Below are positions 55,401 to 63,672 of a stretch of 64,000 bases of DNA, in pieces (positions within the stretch are counted from its first letter, which is position 1; every line of letters starts with the position of its first letter). The position numbers and the translations under genes were made by a program. The notes below the pieces were generated by a model. The model was not told the DNA's origin. It did not search any database and was given only the letters and a program-made list of their open reading frames with translations. This stretch comes from a virus (lineage: Duplodnaviria; Caudoviricetes): the IMG/VR virus record IMGVR_UViG_3300021091_000011, one strand, 5' to 3'.

Positions 55401-57528
55401 TGACGGTGATCGTATTTTGACTCGTCGCCGTCGCCGTCGCGCTCGGACCAATCTGCCAAGACGCTTCCAAGTCCGGTCGATTGCCGTCGAGCAATAGGCC
55501 GAAGTGCTGAACGCCGCTTACGAGCAACGCGCCGATTACGATAAGCCTGCGCCCATCGTAAGTGCCGAAAGCCAAGCCCGAGAACACGCCATCGTAAGTG
55601 CTTACTTCAACGCCCTTGAATCGAGCGGAGGCTTGAACGATGGTGGGGAGCGCAATATCCAGATTCTTGTAGTAAAGCGAAGCGGTGCCGTCCGGATAAT
55701 CGCCCGCGTTCGCGTCTACGATGAGATAGGACCCATCGCCAATCACGACTCCGGCGTCCGCGCCCGTCAATAACCAACCTTGATTCGCAGGCGTGGACGT
55801 GCCCGTAAACCGTCCGATTTGTCGAACAGACGCCGCCGTAAGTTGGCCGTTTGAGATCGCGTGCGGATTATTATTGAGCAGCAGCGTCGTCGGGTCATTG
55901 GTCAACGCCGAGTAGTCGCGCTGATACCCGATGTAAGTATGCCCGACTCGCTTCGGCTCAGGTCTAACCAGCGGACCAAGAACGGTCGAGTAGGGAAAGC
56001 GCATGGTGTTTTGCACACCACGGCCATAAGCAACCGGAGGCGGCAACGCCGTGTGGCCGTTTGCACGTCCCCAATTGTTCAGCGTCAATCCTGATGTGTT
56101 CAAACCCGAAAGCGCGAAGATCGGGTTCACGATCCAACAGTAATCAACCTCAACAGTCGCCGCACCCGCTGGAAACAAAGGAATAGGCACTATGGGGAAA
56201 ATCTCACCCGTGTACGGATTCACGTCGGCGATTGCTATTGAAACGCCGTTGACTCTGACTTCAACGTCGTTAGGACCAGCAGGCGTCCAATCGCCCCACG
56301 ATTTAACCAGCGGGCCGCGTTTCGTGCGAATACGGTCATTGGCAAGGCCGGATACACCGACAAAACCATAGACCAGATTGAACACGAAGTTCCACGCCGC
56401 CGTGTAAATCGTCTCCGATGCCTGCAAGCCTACGGACGAGATTTTCAATCCCGAGGCCGAAAGCCCCGCATCGAGAAACACGCCCACGCCCGCAGGCATA
56501 CTCGCAGGCTGTGTCAACGCCGCATCGCTGAACGAATCGAAAGGGATGCCGTCAATCAGGACGGTGCATAGCCCCGCCTGACTGTTTCTAATAACGGTGA
56601 GTTCGAATACCGACGCAGACCAATCGAACTCCATGGTAGACGCAAAGCCGCCCGCTTCGATGCTGATTTCTTTGATCGGGCCGGATACGCCTAGTGTAAC
56701 ATCAATCTGCGATACGCCGTCGCTCACTAAAAAGCGCGGCGCACCAGAGGCCGTCGTCGCGTCAATTGAAAACACGGCTTGGAAAGACGCCGAAGCGGTG
56801 ATTTTGCCGCTCGTGTCCTCAAACTGCCAGCCGTAGGTCGCCGCAGACAAAGGCTTTTCGAGAAGCAGATTGCCCGCGACTATTGAAGAAGAACCCGAGC
56901 CGATCTCTACGCCATCGAAGCCCACGGCCAGATTCGGCAACACGGACGCATCGTAAGAGAGGGCTTCAGCCGGACCAACTTCGCCGTTGTATGAAATCGT
57001 CGTGATTTGCCCGATTTCGAGCGTAATCTCGCCGCCGTCAAAACTCGCGCCATTGATCGAAGGGCTAATCGGGTAATCGCCCGAGATGACGTAAGAACCA
57101 TCCTCTTGCACAGCACCGTTGTCGAGCAACGGCGCTGCACGACCCAAGTCGTCTTTGACGGTGATGGTGACCGAGCCGACGTCTACGCTGACATCCGTGG
57201 TGAGCGTTTGGCCGAGAGCTAAGAACGACTCGGTGTTGTAAGGAGATGCGAGAACTTGGCCCGTGAGGTTTTCGGGTCCAGAGACGATGACCGAGTAAAT
57301 GCCGCCGAGCGTCGTTCCAGAGACGGTCAAGTCCACGGCTAAGAAGCCGCCGCTTGACGGATTGGCCGTTTGAACACTTTGAACGACGACGGCTGCGCCT
57401 AAAAGCGCGGTGATTGAGTATGAAGAAGTGGCGGTCAAAGCAGCGTTGCCCGCCATAGGGACGTTAAACGCCACCCTGACTCGGCAACCGTCTAGCGATG
57501 AGACATCAGTTATCTCCGGCACGGGCAT
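52459..57528 (-). CDS. Very large beta-rich structural protein (1689 aa), probably baseplate-attached/adsorption
   Basis: Ig-like and ConA/LamG-like segments (HEYRIVCDP...VTVFVDNAL); late motif upstream. Confidence 0.6.
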   Translation of the reverse strand: MPVPEITDVSSLDGCRVRVAFNVPMAGNAALTATSSYSITALLGAAVVVQSVQTANPSSGGFLAVDLTVSGTTLGGIYSVIVSGPENLTGQVLASPYNTESFLALGQTLTTDVSVDVGSVTITVKDDLGRAAPLLDNGAVQEDGSYVISGDYPISPSINGASFDGGEITLEIGQITTISYNGEVGPAEALSYDASVLPNLAVGFDGVEIGSGSSSIVAGNLLLEKPLSAATYGWQFEDTSGKITASASFQAVFSIDATTASGAPRFLVSDGVSQIDVTLGVSGPIKEISIEAGGFASTMEFDWSASVFELTVIRNSQAGLCTVLIDGIPFDSFSDAALTQPASMPAGVGVFLDAGLSASGLKISSVGLQASETIYTAAWNFVFNLVYGFVGVSGLANDRIRTKRGPLVKSWGDWTPAGPNDVEVRVNGVSIAIADVNPYTGEIFPIVPIPLFPAGAATVEVDYCWIVNPIFALSGLNTSGLTLNNWGRANGHTALPPPVAYGRGVQNTMRFPYSTVLGPLVRPEPKRVGHTYIGYQRDYSALTNDPTTLLLNNNPHAISNGQLTAASVRQIGRFTGTSTPANQGWLLTGADAGVVIGDGSYLIVDANAGDYPDGTASLYYKNLDIALPTIVQASARFKGVEVSTYDGVFSGLAFGTYDGRRLIVIGALLVSGVQHFGLLLDGNRPDLEASWQIGPSATATATSQNTITVTSAEYAVGLGYGSRFRVADGPQAGIYTISSCGIVAQTDGGVSLTFTPALPTNINSFGGGQFTVFYETPWLAQDFNGVRAIVDFPNGTVTAYLSGRVSGTIGSVQAPAYPAETGLLIPASISGGYFFGSISRRAANKSAWDLAQYAANPIALTQTVSGVYVADDMTVLPEDATDPWFITGGYGAGSLSLGELVLSSSARSNALDFEFGYSRVEPHLTNKVTTNFLATTTVESATLGAGDIALRIRDGAREVRLVNLLYKKPVGFVINPQRSLITDLPSNFFSGLQTLEDEGWVSNGVAVTPIAWGQSLGINKPAALTPEWTQTVPASVACGHEGAVLTARFSAENLSGVANAYIAARVKTGAATAQYVRAVFSAGDTLTLTNELGVVKLGPIAGVTWTDGDTHEYRIVCDPTADLVTVFVDNALAGSVALSLFSATTTDFTAIFGVNGAGSVDTEWYEFTVVPLRPVALIGSTIDRTFGIWLGGDVADINNYIIPRSDVTNNPNSSIFAMPIAMDWTATCELRLYVDPTWGASFYRPDLPLPPTSTAAGYITETVNPSDAWINVEYRRLPRQTQARGEISFGSLDPKSVSRSRWDDVSYRVRARPYGYGIAQTGMVLNRAITFKSGDWNLDATPEVRLIPARDTQSVFVNDSAINGDRVFLVRIDGVTIPAAGWQFDSATQEIRLANPVAIGTLVEVTFAPARPQTKTYQCSRPIDETVTVLNAGTPPVPMSRDGAITRSIVATPNGDEVQFSYDQTSLYASVDFCQNEVGDDVPLTSLCDGAGPGLGLAEIEIDGRFTTDPFTVLDGPAGPFRGSSTFRGSAMRFGGVSLIAAGGRRPTPANGELNSAITYPNARGPSGQVPAGGFGMNQDFALYLRDVQDDTWDLPASMGDNVPPSAISGAVNPDGTPGVFGNGACVAQIIDYASTGTSRLGPWGGLSSLTPRSLLAGGAPLPTSAFTLVGGSPLPSPTITTVVLEAAS

Positions 57529-57566
57529 TGGCCGACCCTTTTCTATGCGCGCAAAAGGGCAGGAGG

Positions 57567-57580
57567 GATAGCCGTGTTAG
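57567..57580 (-). promoter_or_regulatory. Putative late-promoter motif CTAACACGGCTATC
   Basis: 38 nt upstream of ATG 57528. Shares the flank ATTCCCG with the 35316 copy. Hairpin at 57536-57559. Confidence 0.6.
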
Positions 57581-57703
57581 CGGGAATAGCGCGGATTATT
57601 AGGCGGCTCCAGCCTGAAGCTACGCCCGCGCCGAGGCCATACTCGCCATAGAGCCTCCGCACTATGAGGGGTCGATAGCCGAAATATGCGGTATGATTAG
57701 GCT

Positions 57704-57964
57704 ATGAACCGGATCAGCCGCAGAGAATACCTTTTCGCTACGCACGTCCCGCTCAAGAACGAGATTGTGCGCTATACGACCCGAGAGATCGCCAACATGA
57801 TCGGCATCAACCTTGTCGAAGGATACCGAATCGGTGCGCGATTATGTCGCAAGGGCATCGTGAAAAAAGATCACGACTTTGAAGCGTATTACCTAACGCC
57901 CCGAGGTTATGATTGGTGCCTGCAAGTCTATCCGCGTATTTGGCGTCAGACCTCAGACGAATAA
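57704..57964 (+). CDS. Small winged-HTH-like protein
   Basis: YTTREIANMIGINL...GARLCRKGIV...YYLTPRG. Confidence 0.55.
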   Translation: MNRISRREYLFATHVPLKNEIVRYTTREIANMIGINLVEGYRIGARLCRKGIVKKDHDFEAYYLTPRGYDWCLQVYPRIWRQTSDE

Positions 57965-58188
57965 ATCAGGCTTTTCATCGTTCGAATCATTTGTCCGAAC
58001 GATTGAGCCGGAACCTTGGCTTCGTCCGCAAAATACTGCCGACGAAACTCGCGCATTACCGATGCGCCTTGGTCCTCAAATAAAAAGTGGACACGATTGC
58101 CTTCCCGTTCAACATCAATGAACGGAACGCCTGCTACACGCAGGAAGGCCGCAAAGTAGAGGTCGCTGGTCTTGTACGTCGTGAACAT
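57946..58188 (-). CDS. DUF5659-like small protein
   Basis: YKTSDLYFAAFL...RVHFLFED...YF....VPA..F...IR.MKSLIY. Confidence 0.65.
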   Translation of the reverse strand: MFTTYKTSDLYFAAFLRVAGVPFIDVEREGNRVHFLFEDQGASVMREFRRQYFADEAKVPAQSFGQMIRTMKSLIYSSEV

Positions 58189-58194
58189 TTACCA

Positions 58195-58305
58195 TCATTC
58201 CGAAATCCCGTAGAGGTCGAGTTTTGCCTCTAACGCCGAAAGTTGGCGGGGTGAAAGATCGCGTCCGTGTTTCAGACCTTCTCCTAGTGACTTCGCAAAA
58301 TCCAT
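58195..58305 (-). CDS. 36-aa hypothetical protein (not in the ORF track)
   Basis: Manual translation MDFAKSLGEGLKHGRDLSPRQLSALEAKLDLYGISE; fills the gap between a terminator and the next gene. Confidence 0.5.
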   Translation of the reverse strand: MDFAKSLGEGLKHGRDLSPRQLSALEAKLDLYGISE

Positions 58306-58342
58306 CGTCCAAACTTATATAGCGGCTAATGCTAAAAGCAAA

Positions 58343-58373
58343 AAACCCGCAAGGCACAAGGCCGAGCGGGTTT
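58343..58373 (-). terminator. Intrinsic terminator after 58399-59064
   Basis: AAACCCGC...GCGGGTTT stem followed by a T-run on the minus strand. Confidence 0.6.
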
Positions 58374-58398
58374 CAGCAGACTTGAAAGAGTCTAAAAA

Positions 58399-59064
58399 TC
58401 AGGGACCCGTGTAAAGCGCGCCCGCATCGGTGTAAATCACAATAGCCGTGCTAGATACACCGTCGTACTCGAAGCCAGAGGACAAGAACGCCGCGATCTG
58501 GCCTTCGTAGTACGAGATGTTGAAAGGCGCACCGGAGGCGTAAATCTTGCGCTCCGTGAGCGTGCCGAACGTCTCAGTAGCGCGCGTAGCAGGCTGCGTA
58601 CCCGCAATCAGCGTGCCAGCGGGCAGGAGGTAATCACCACCCGCCACGACGGACAGCAGATTGGCGAGCACACCGTTAGAACCAGCACCCGTCAACTGCG
58701 TGCCCGCACCCGCACCAGCGGCCACGAGGTCCGCGTTCACGTTAACGGCAGAAATGGTGCCGCCCGCATCGAGGCGAGCGATGATCAACAAAGCGGCGGC
58801 ATTTGCGATAGCCGGAGTGATCGCCACGTTCGCAACATTGTCCTCAACGTGGTCGAGCAAGTACGCCGCAATGCCGTGATAGGCAAGCGGGGTGCTGCCA
58901 CCCGAGAGGGCGACCGTGTCATTGGCGGGACGACCAAGGTACTTGGTCTGACCCTTGGGGTCAATCGCGCCATTACGCTGCGAGGTGTTCGGGGAGAGAT
59001 CGAGTAACTGAAGGACACCGTTGGGGATGTCCGTCCGCTTCACGCAAATATAAACAGCAGCCAT
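58399..59064 (-). CDS. Putative structural protein (Ala/Gly-rich)
   Basis: 221 aa, GGAG SD, own terminator (suggests a highly expressed gene). Confidence 0.6.
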   Translation of the reverse strand: MAAVYICVKRTDIPNGVLQLLDLSPNTSQRNGAIDPKGQTKYLGRPANDTVALSGGSTPLAYHGIAAYLLDHVEDNVANVAITPAIANAAALLIIARLDAGGTISAVNVNADLVAAGAGAGTQLTGAGSNGVLANLLSVVAGGDYLLPAGTLIAGTQPATRATETFGTLTERKIYASGAPFNISYYEGQIAAFLSSGFEYDGVSSTAIVIYTDAGALYTGP

Positions 59065-59137
59065 GACTAACTCCTAGAGTTTGTTGAAGGGGGACGATCC
59101 CCACGATTAGAAAGCAGTATAAACGCCCTAACGTCAT

Positions 59138-59827
59138 TCAAGCCTGAATACCGTTCACTATGCCAGCCGTCATCGTGAAAGGAACGGCACCACCAGAACC
59201 CCGAAGCAAAATCTCATTCGCGCCGGATTCAGCGTAGCCTCGGCTTGTTTCAGCGGGCACCCGCATTTCAACCAAGCCAATGCCCAACGAAAGGTAAAGG
59301 TCGTCGCCGCCCGAAGCATTTTCGTTGTAGATACGCAGTTCTTCTGCAAACTTCGGCAGATATACCCGCAGGCCATTTTCAGGCGGCAGGTTATTGCCAC
59401 GGCTCGCAAGGTTCGGAGCCGTGCCAACTAGCACTAAACTACGTCGTCCCGTTTTGAAGAAATCAGGCGGCGGGATCACGAGAATCGGGCCATTCGGTAA
59501 AAAGCCCGCCGCAGTCTGCTCGGCCACACGCAAGTAAAGAATGTCCGTGTCGCCCGGAATCGTCGCATTCGCATAATCGTTGATGTCTAACCACAAGCGA
59601 GTCAAACCAAGATTCGAGCCGTCATTGCGATAAGCCCGATTACGCTGCACCGTAGGCGACGAGAAAACGTCGCTACTACGGACAGTTAAAAAGTTCGTCG
59701 GAGCGGAGAACGCCGTGTCTAAATCATTCGCCGCACTCAGTCGATAGCCGATCACGCCCGGACGATTCCGAATCGCCAAGTCCATGATCCCCAAGGCCCG
59801 TCTCACAAGTCTCGGTACTACCGACAT
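59138..59827 (-). CDS. Putative structural protein
   Basis: 229 aa, beta-rich, GGAG SD. Confidence 0.6.
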   Translation of the reverse strand: MSVVPRLVRRALGIMDLAIRNRPGVIGYRLSAANDLDTAFSAPTNFLTVRSSDVFSSPTVQRNRAYRNDGSNLGLTRLWLDINDYANATIPGDTDILYLRVAEQTAAGFLPNGPILVIPPPDFFKTGRRSLVLVGTAPNLASRGNNLPPENGLRVYLPKFAEELRIYNENASGGDDLYLSLGIGLVEMRVPAETSRGYAESGANEILLRGSGGAVPFTMTAGIVNGIQA

Positions 59828-59979
59828 TCTCGCTCTCCTGCTTCGTCTCCACGCTTACCGGATTGGTAAAAGTGCGGCCCCACATGGAACACGCATCACC
59901 CCAACCGTCCATCATCTATAAAGCCTTTGAATGACGTAAGCGTAGATACCCCCGCAGGCTTATAGCCCGCCTAACGTGG

Positions 59980-60357
59980 TCACTTCTTTTCCTTCGTCGC
60001 CATCTTTTCATAACCCGAAGTGTCCTTGCCTTTGGACTTGGCGAGTTTCGCCGCTTCGGACCACGAATCTACGCGCTCGCCGCCGACGTTCGGCACGAGT
60101 CTCACGCCAGGACCGTCATTCTTCATTTCGCGCTGCTTCGCATCTAGCCGTCGATTCTTCTCGGCCATTTGCTTCGCAACACGTCCGTTTTTAGAAGCCC
60201 AACCGTCGCCCGCCAAGACAAACCCGACGGGTGCCACGGTCTTGCGAGCCGTCACACCGCAAGTCGGGCAGGCTTGCGGTTCATCGTATCGGGCTAAAGG
60301 AAGAACCTGCTCGAATTCGCACCCGCAGGCGTCACACGCATAAGTGTAAATCGGCAT
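59980..60357 (-). CDS. FmdB-family zinc-ribbon protein
   Basis: MPIYTYACDACGCEFEQV...CPTCG...GFVLAGDGW. Confidence 0.85.
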   Translation of the reverse strand: MPIYTYACDACGCEFEQVLPLARYDEPQACPTCGVTARKTVAPVGFVLAGDGWASKNGRVAKQMAEKNRRLDAKQREMKNDGPGVRLVPNVGGERVDSWSEAAKLAKSKGKDTSGYEKMATKEKK

Positions 60358-60361
60358 AAGA

Positions 60362-61165
60362 TCAAACCGCCATGTAGTTCATATCGACTTCGCCCTGAAC
60401 GCCCGCGACCTTGCCCTTGTTCGTGTATTGCCAAATGTGCCAATTGCCCCAAGGGTTCAAGTTCACAGGCTGATCGCCCCAACGCGGCGTCCACAAAGGA
60501 TAAGCCTCAAGCCCCGCACCGCCGCTGAGTTTTTCAGTTATGATGCGCCTGCTCGTGTAAACGATAGGACGACGCTTGAACTCGCGCTCGGCTTCCTGCA
60601 ACCACGAAATCGCCCACTCGGTCGCCGCTTGACCTGATACGCCGAAATCAGCCTCAAGGTCCAACGCGGCGGGCAGGTCGAGATTCCAATGCCCGACGAC
60701 GGACATAAAGTTATCGAACTCGGCCCACGGCGTATTCGTCCCCATGCGCGCAAAGTGATAGGCACCGAACTTGAGGCCGACGCCTCTTGCGCCCGAACAA
60801 TGCGAGGCAAACTCTTGGGATTTCCACGTCACGCCTTCGCTCGCCTTGGCGTACACGAAGTCAATGCCCGCGACGGACGACCAGACGATGCCCTTTTGGT
60901 AATCCGAAACATCCATGCCCGTCGTGACTTGAGCGTACACGCCGAGTGACGTAAGAACCTCCGGACCCGCGATACCGTCTACGGACAGTTCGAGTTGGGT
61001 CTGGTAGTTTCTGACGGCTTGCTCGGTGTTTGATCCGAACAAGCCGTCGACGTTGGCGTATGAACTCGCCATAGGCCAAGCCCAAGCGGGCAAGGTGCGC
61101 TGAAGATACTTGACTTCAGAACCCTTGTCGCCGCGTTTGAGGGACTTGAAGATTCGCATGAGCAC
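60362..61165 (-). CDS. Endolysin: PG-binding domain plus GH25 muramidase
   Basis: LKRGDKGSEVKYLQ...VDGLFGSNTEQAVRNYQ...VDGIAG (PG_binding_1). GMDVSDYQ, YAKASEG, GAYHF, ALDLEA, WQYT and VDMN (GH25). Confidence 0.9.
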   Translation of the reverse strand: MLMRIFKSLKRGDKGSEVKYLQRTLPAWAWPMASSYANVDGLFGSNTEQAVRNYQTQLELSVDGIAGPEVLTSLGVYAQVTTGMDVSDYQKGIVWSSVAGIDFVYAKASEGVTWKSQEFASHCSGARGVGLKFGAYHFARMGTNTPWAEFDNFMSVVGHWNLDLPAALDLEADFGVSGQAATEWAISWLQEAEREFKRRPIVYTSRRIITEKLSGGAGLEAYPLWTPRWGDQPVNLNPWGNWHIWQYTNKGKVAGVQGEVDMNYMAV

Positions 61166-61251
61166 CTGTTCGTGAGAAGTGGTGCCACACTATACCGCTT
61201 TTTTGCGGTCAATCCTTAGATTTCTTGGCAAACGGATTCTTAGCGTCGATC

Positions 61252-61380
61252 TTATATTCCGCAATATCGGAATCCGGAATCTCTACTCGGGATGATGATG
61301 AAGTTCACCGCAAGGAACGGTGCCATGTTCTCGTGGGCGTTTCCACCACCCGCATTGTCAATAGTCAATGCGATAGGCGT
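61252..61380 (-). pseudogene. Orphan C-terminal fragment of a tail-collar-domain protein
   Basis: Manual translation ...LTIDNAGGGNAHENMAPFLAVNFII... The only in-frame ATG lies inside the motif, and an in-frame TGA occurs about 80 nt upstream. Confidence 0.55.
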
Positions 61381-61391
61381 GGTATTTAACC

Positions 61392-62141
61392 TTACGAATG
61401 GTGATAACCTGCGTAACGCCGAGCGACTATGATCGCACTCGGCGCAGGCTCAATCGTCGCTCCGGACAAGTTCAAACCCAAGCCATTCGCAAATCGAAAC
61501 TTGCGGGCCTTATTCAACACGGCGACGGCGTGCTTACAAAGCCAATGCTTCCCGCTTGGATCTTTTTCGACGGGCTTAGAGGCCGTGCCGACGGGCTTGC
61601 CGTATAAATACTGATTGACCTTGGCCCAATGCTCCGGCCCTTGCCACCGAAAGAAGTTGCAACTGCAAGAGATTTGAACGTGATGTTTGTCAACCGACTT
61701 CGCGTTGCCCTTGCGTTGGACTTTCAGGCGAATCGAGTATTTCTCGCCTTTCGATCCGTTCACCGAGAACGACCAAAAGCCCTTACCCGGCAAAACACGG
61801 CTGATGCTCGGGTTGATCCCATTCGCTTTAGCGATCACGTCGGGGCTGACTTTCGCCAGCACGTCCGAGATTAACGCCGCGCGTTTCGGATACGTCATTT
61901 CACCCTGCACGAAATCCGTGACGCCATTTTGGGTCACGCGCGACGTAGGGGGGTTTGCTTCGTCGTGATGCTGATTCGGCAGTTGGTTGCCCTTCGGCAA
62001 ACCCTTCTTGTCGTCCGGCGAATGCGTGTAGGTCGTCGAAGTATCAGCGCGATACCCCACGTTGTCGTCAGGCTGATTAACTTCGTCATTGGGGCTGGAT
62101 TGGTCGTAGAGGACCAAATCACCCGCGCGCTTAGAATTCAT
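61392..62141 (-). CDS. SWIM-type zinc-finger protein, putative virion component
   Basis: VQISCSCNFF...WLCKHAVAVL; C-terminal PSAIIVARRY. Start revised to MNSKRA. Confidence 0.65.
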   Translation of the reverse strand: MNSKRAGDLVLYDQSSPNDEVNQPDDNVGYRADTSTTYTHSPDDKKGLPKGNQLPNQHHDEANPPTSRVTQNGVTDFVQGEMTYPKRAALISDVLAKVSPDVIAKANGINPSISRVLPGKGFWSFSVNGSKGEKYSIRLKVQRKGNAKSVDKHHVQISCSCNFFRWQGPEHWAKVNQYLYGKPVGTASKPVEKDPSGKHWLCKHAVAVLNKARKFRFANGLGLNLSGATIEPAPSAIIVARRYAGYHHS

Positions 62142-62559
62142 CTTGGCTACCCAACATCGAATCGGCCCAAGCGAAAAGCACTTGCGCGTCCTCGGGACTA
62201 TCGAACACGGCCAAATCCGTGAATACGTCGAGCGGCAAACAAAACGGATGCTCGCTCTCGAACTCAGACTCCAACTCAAACTGCACGACGCCCGTGTCAG
62301 TCACGTTCACGACCACACCGGGCGTTTCGTTTTTACCAAACGAAAATACGATCTCCTGCATGATATCGGACGCGATGCGGCGATGTGCAGAAGGACTTTG
62401 CAGATACTTACGTCGAGTTATCTTGGCGCGGGATTTGTTGCGCCTACGCCACGATTTCGCGCGCATCTTGATCTTAGTTTTATGCGTGCGGTAATAGGCT
62501 TTGGCTTTAGTGCGGGCCAAGCCACGAGATTTACGCTGACGCCGGAACGCGGTTTTCAT
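62131..62559 (-). CDS. Hypothetical protein, basic N-half and acidic C-half
   Basis: KAKAYYRTHKTKIKMRAKSWRRRNK followed by an acidic domain after RRIAS. Confidence 0.65.
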   Translation of the reverse strand: MKTAFRRQRKSRGLARTKAKAYYRTHKTKIKMRAKSWRRRNKSRAKITRRKYLQSPSAHRRIASDIMQEIVFSFGKNETPGVVVNVTDTGVVQFELESEFESEHPFCLPLDVFTDLAVFDSPEDAQVLFAWADSMLGSQDEF

Positions 62560-63641
62560 TACTCACCATCTCTACGACTGATGCCACGGCGCTTATACTT
62601 AAGCGGGTTTTCACGATACTCTTTGCGCTTCTTCATGCAATCTCTATCACGGCGGCAGAACTCATGGTATCGCCGCTTGGCTTGCACTTTCTCGCGCGAC
62701 TTGTTTCTTTTGTACGCCTTGCTCTCTTCGAGTTTGCGTTTTGGGTCTTGATTCTTCTGAAAGGTAGGCGCGGGCAATCCAGACTCCCACGCGCACTTCT
62801 CAAGATAGCGAGCCAAAACGCGAGCGGTCATGCTTCGACGAGTGGGCATATTGTAATCGAACTTCGTCGGATGCCCATACTCGTCGCCAGGCAAACCCGA
62901 TGAACGCGGTTGAATGTTACGATTCGAGTCCGGCGTGTTTTCCTCTACGCGAGGTATATCACGCCCGCCGCTCGGCATCGCCGTCGAAGGGTTCGTCGCG
63001 CTATCTGGCTCACGGTCAATGTCCGTAGGCAGATTGTTCTTAGACTTCGGATGAACGTAAGTCTGGACGCTCGGTACGACTATGGACGCCGTGCGGTTAC
63101 AAAAAGCCTCATTCACCGGACGAGGCTTATCATCGTTGGCCCAAAACGCCGTGATTAGCCTTACAGACAAATCAGACTTAATGGCGAAAACGATGGTGAG
63201 GCCGATTTTCGGGTCTGACCAACGCACGCCTTCGTCGCGGCGCAAATCGGCAACCCATTTCGTGTATTGAGAATCGCCACGCGACTTCGAGTTCAAAAAC
63301 GCCCTATTAAAAGACGCCAGCGCGATTCGCACTTCGGGGACGGTGATGCCACGCAAGTCCATTCGGTATTGCGCGTGGGCACTAATCTGAATGTTCTTAA
63401 ACTGCGTCTTATCAGGCGCACGCTCTTGCTCAATCCCATAGACTTTGGAAGCCTCGGGATTGCTCAGGTCTGCGCCAACTTCGACGTCATCAATCAAATC
63501 TTCGGCCAAGGCCGGATTCGTGACGTTCTGGCGAATACGCTGCATGACGTGGCACGGACCACCCGGATAACCGAGCGGCGGTGCCAAGTCAGAGTTCATA
63601 TAGCGCGAAGCAACTCGCTTAGGTAATGCGGCGTACTGCAT
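62559..63641 (-). CDS. Putative virion protein with DUF4258/RelE-like domain
   Basis: QISAHAQYRMDLRGITVPEV...GLTIVFA....VRLITAFW; N-terminal PKRVASRYM; basic C-terminus. Confidence 0.55.
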   Translation of the reverse strand: MQYAALPKRVASRYMNSDLAPPLGYPGGPCHVMQRIRQNVTNPALAEDLIDDVEVGADLSNPEASKVYGIEQERAPDKTQFKNIQISAHAQYRMDLRGITVPEVRIALASFNRAFLNSKSRGDSQYTKWVADLRRDEGVRWSDPKIGLTIVFAIKSDLSVRLITAFWANDDKPRPVNEAFCNRTASIVVPSVQTYVHPKSKNNLPTDIDREPDSATNPSTAMPSGGRDIPRVEENTPDSNRNIQPRSSGLPGDEYGHPTKFDYNMPTRRSMTARVLARYLEKCAWESGLPAPTFQKNQDPKRKLEESKAYKRNKSREKVQAKRRYHEFCRRDRDCMKKRKEYRENPLKYKRRGISRRDGE

Positions 63642-63672
63642 ATACAGTACGGGGCGATAACCTAAAAACCGC

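Noticed and set aside
61186-61215. Sigma-70 promoter TTGACC...TATAGT upstream of the endolysin
   Set aside because: The spacer is only 12 nt and the sequence is a small hairpin (ACCGC-AAAAAA-GCGGT).
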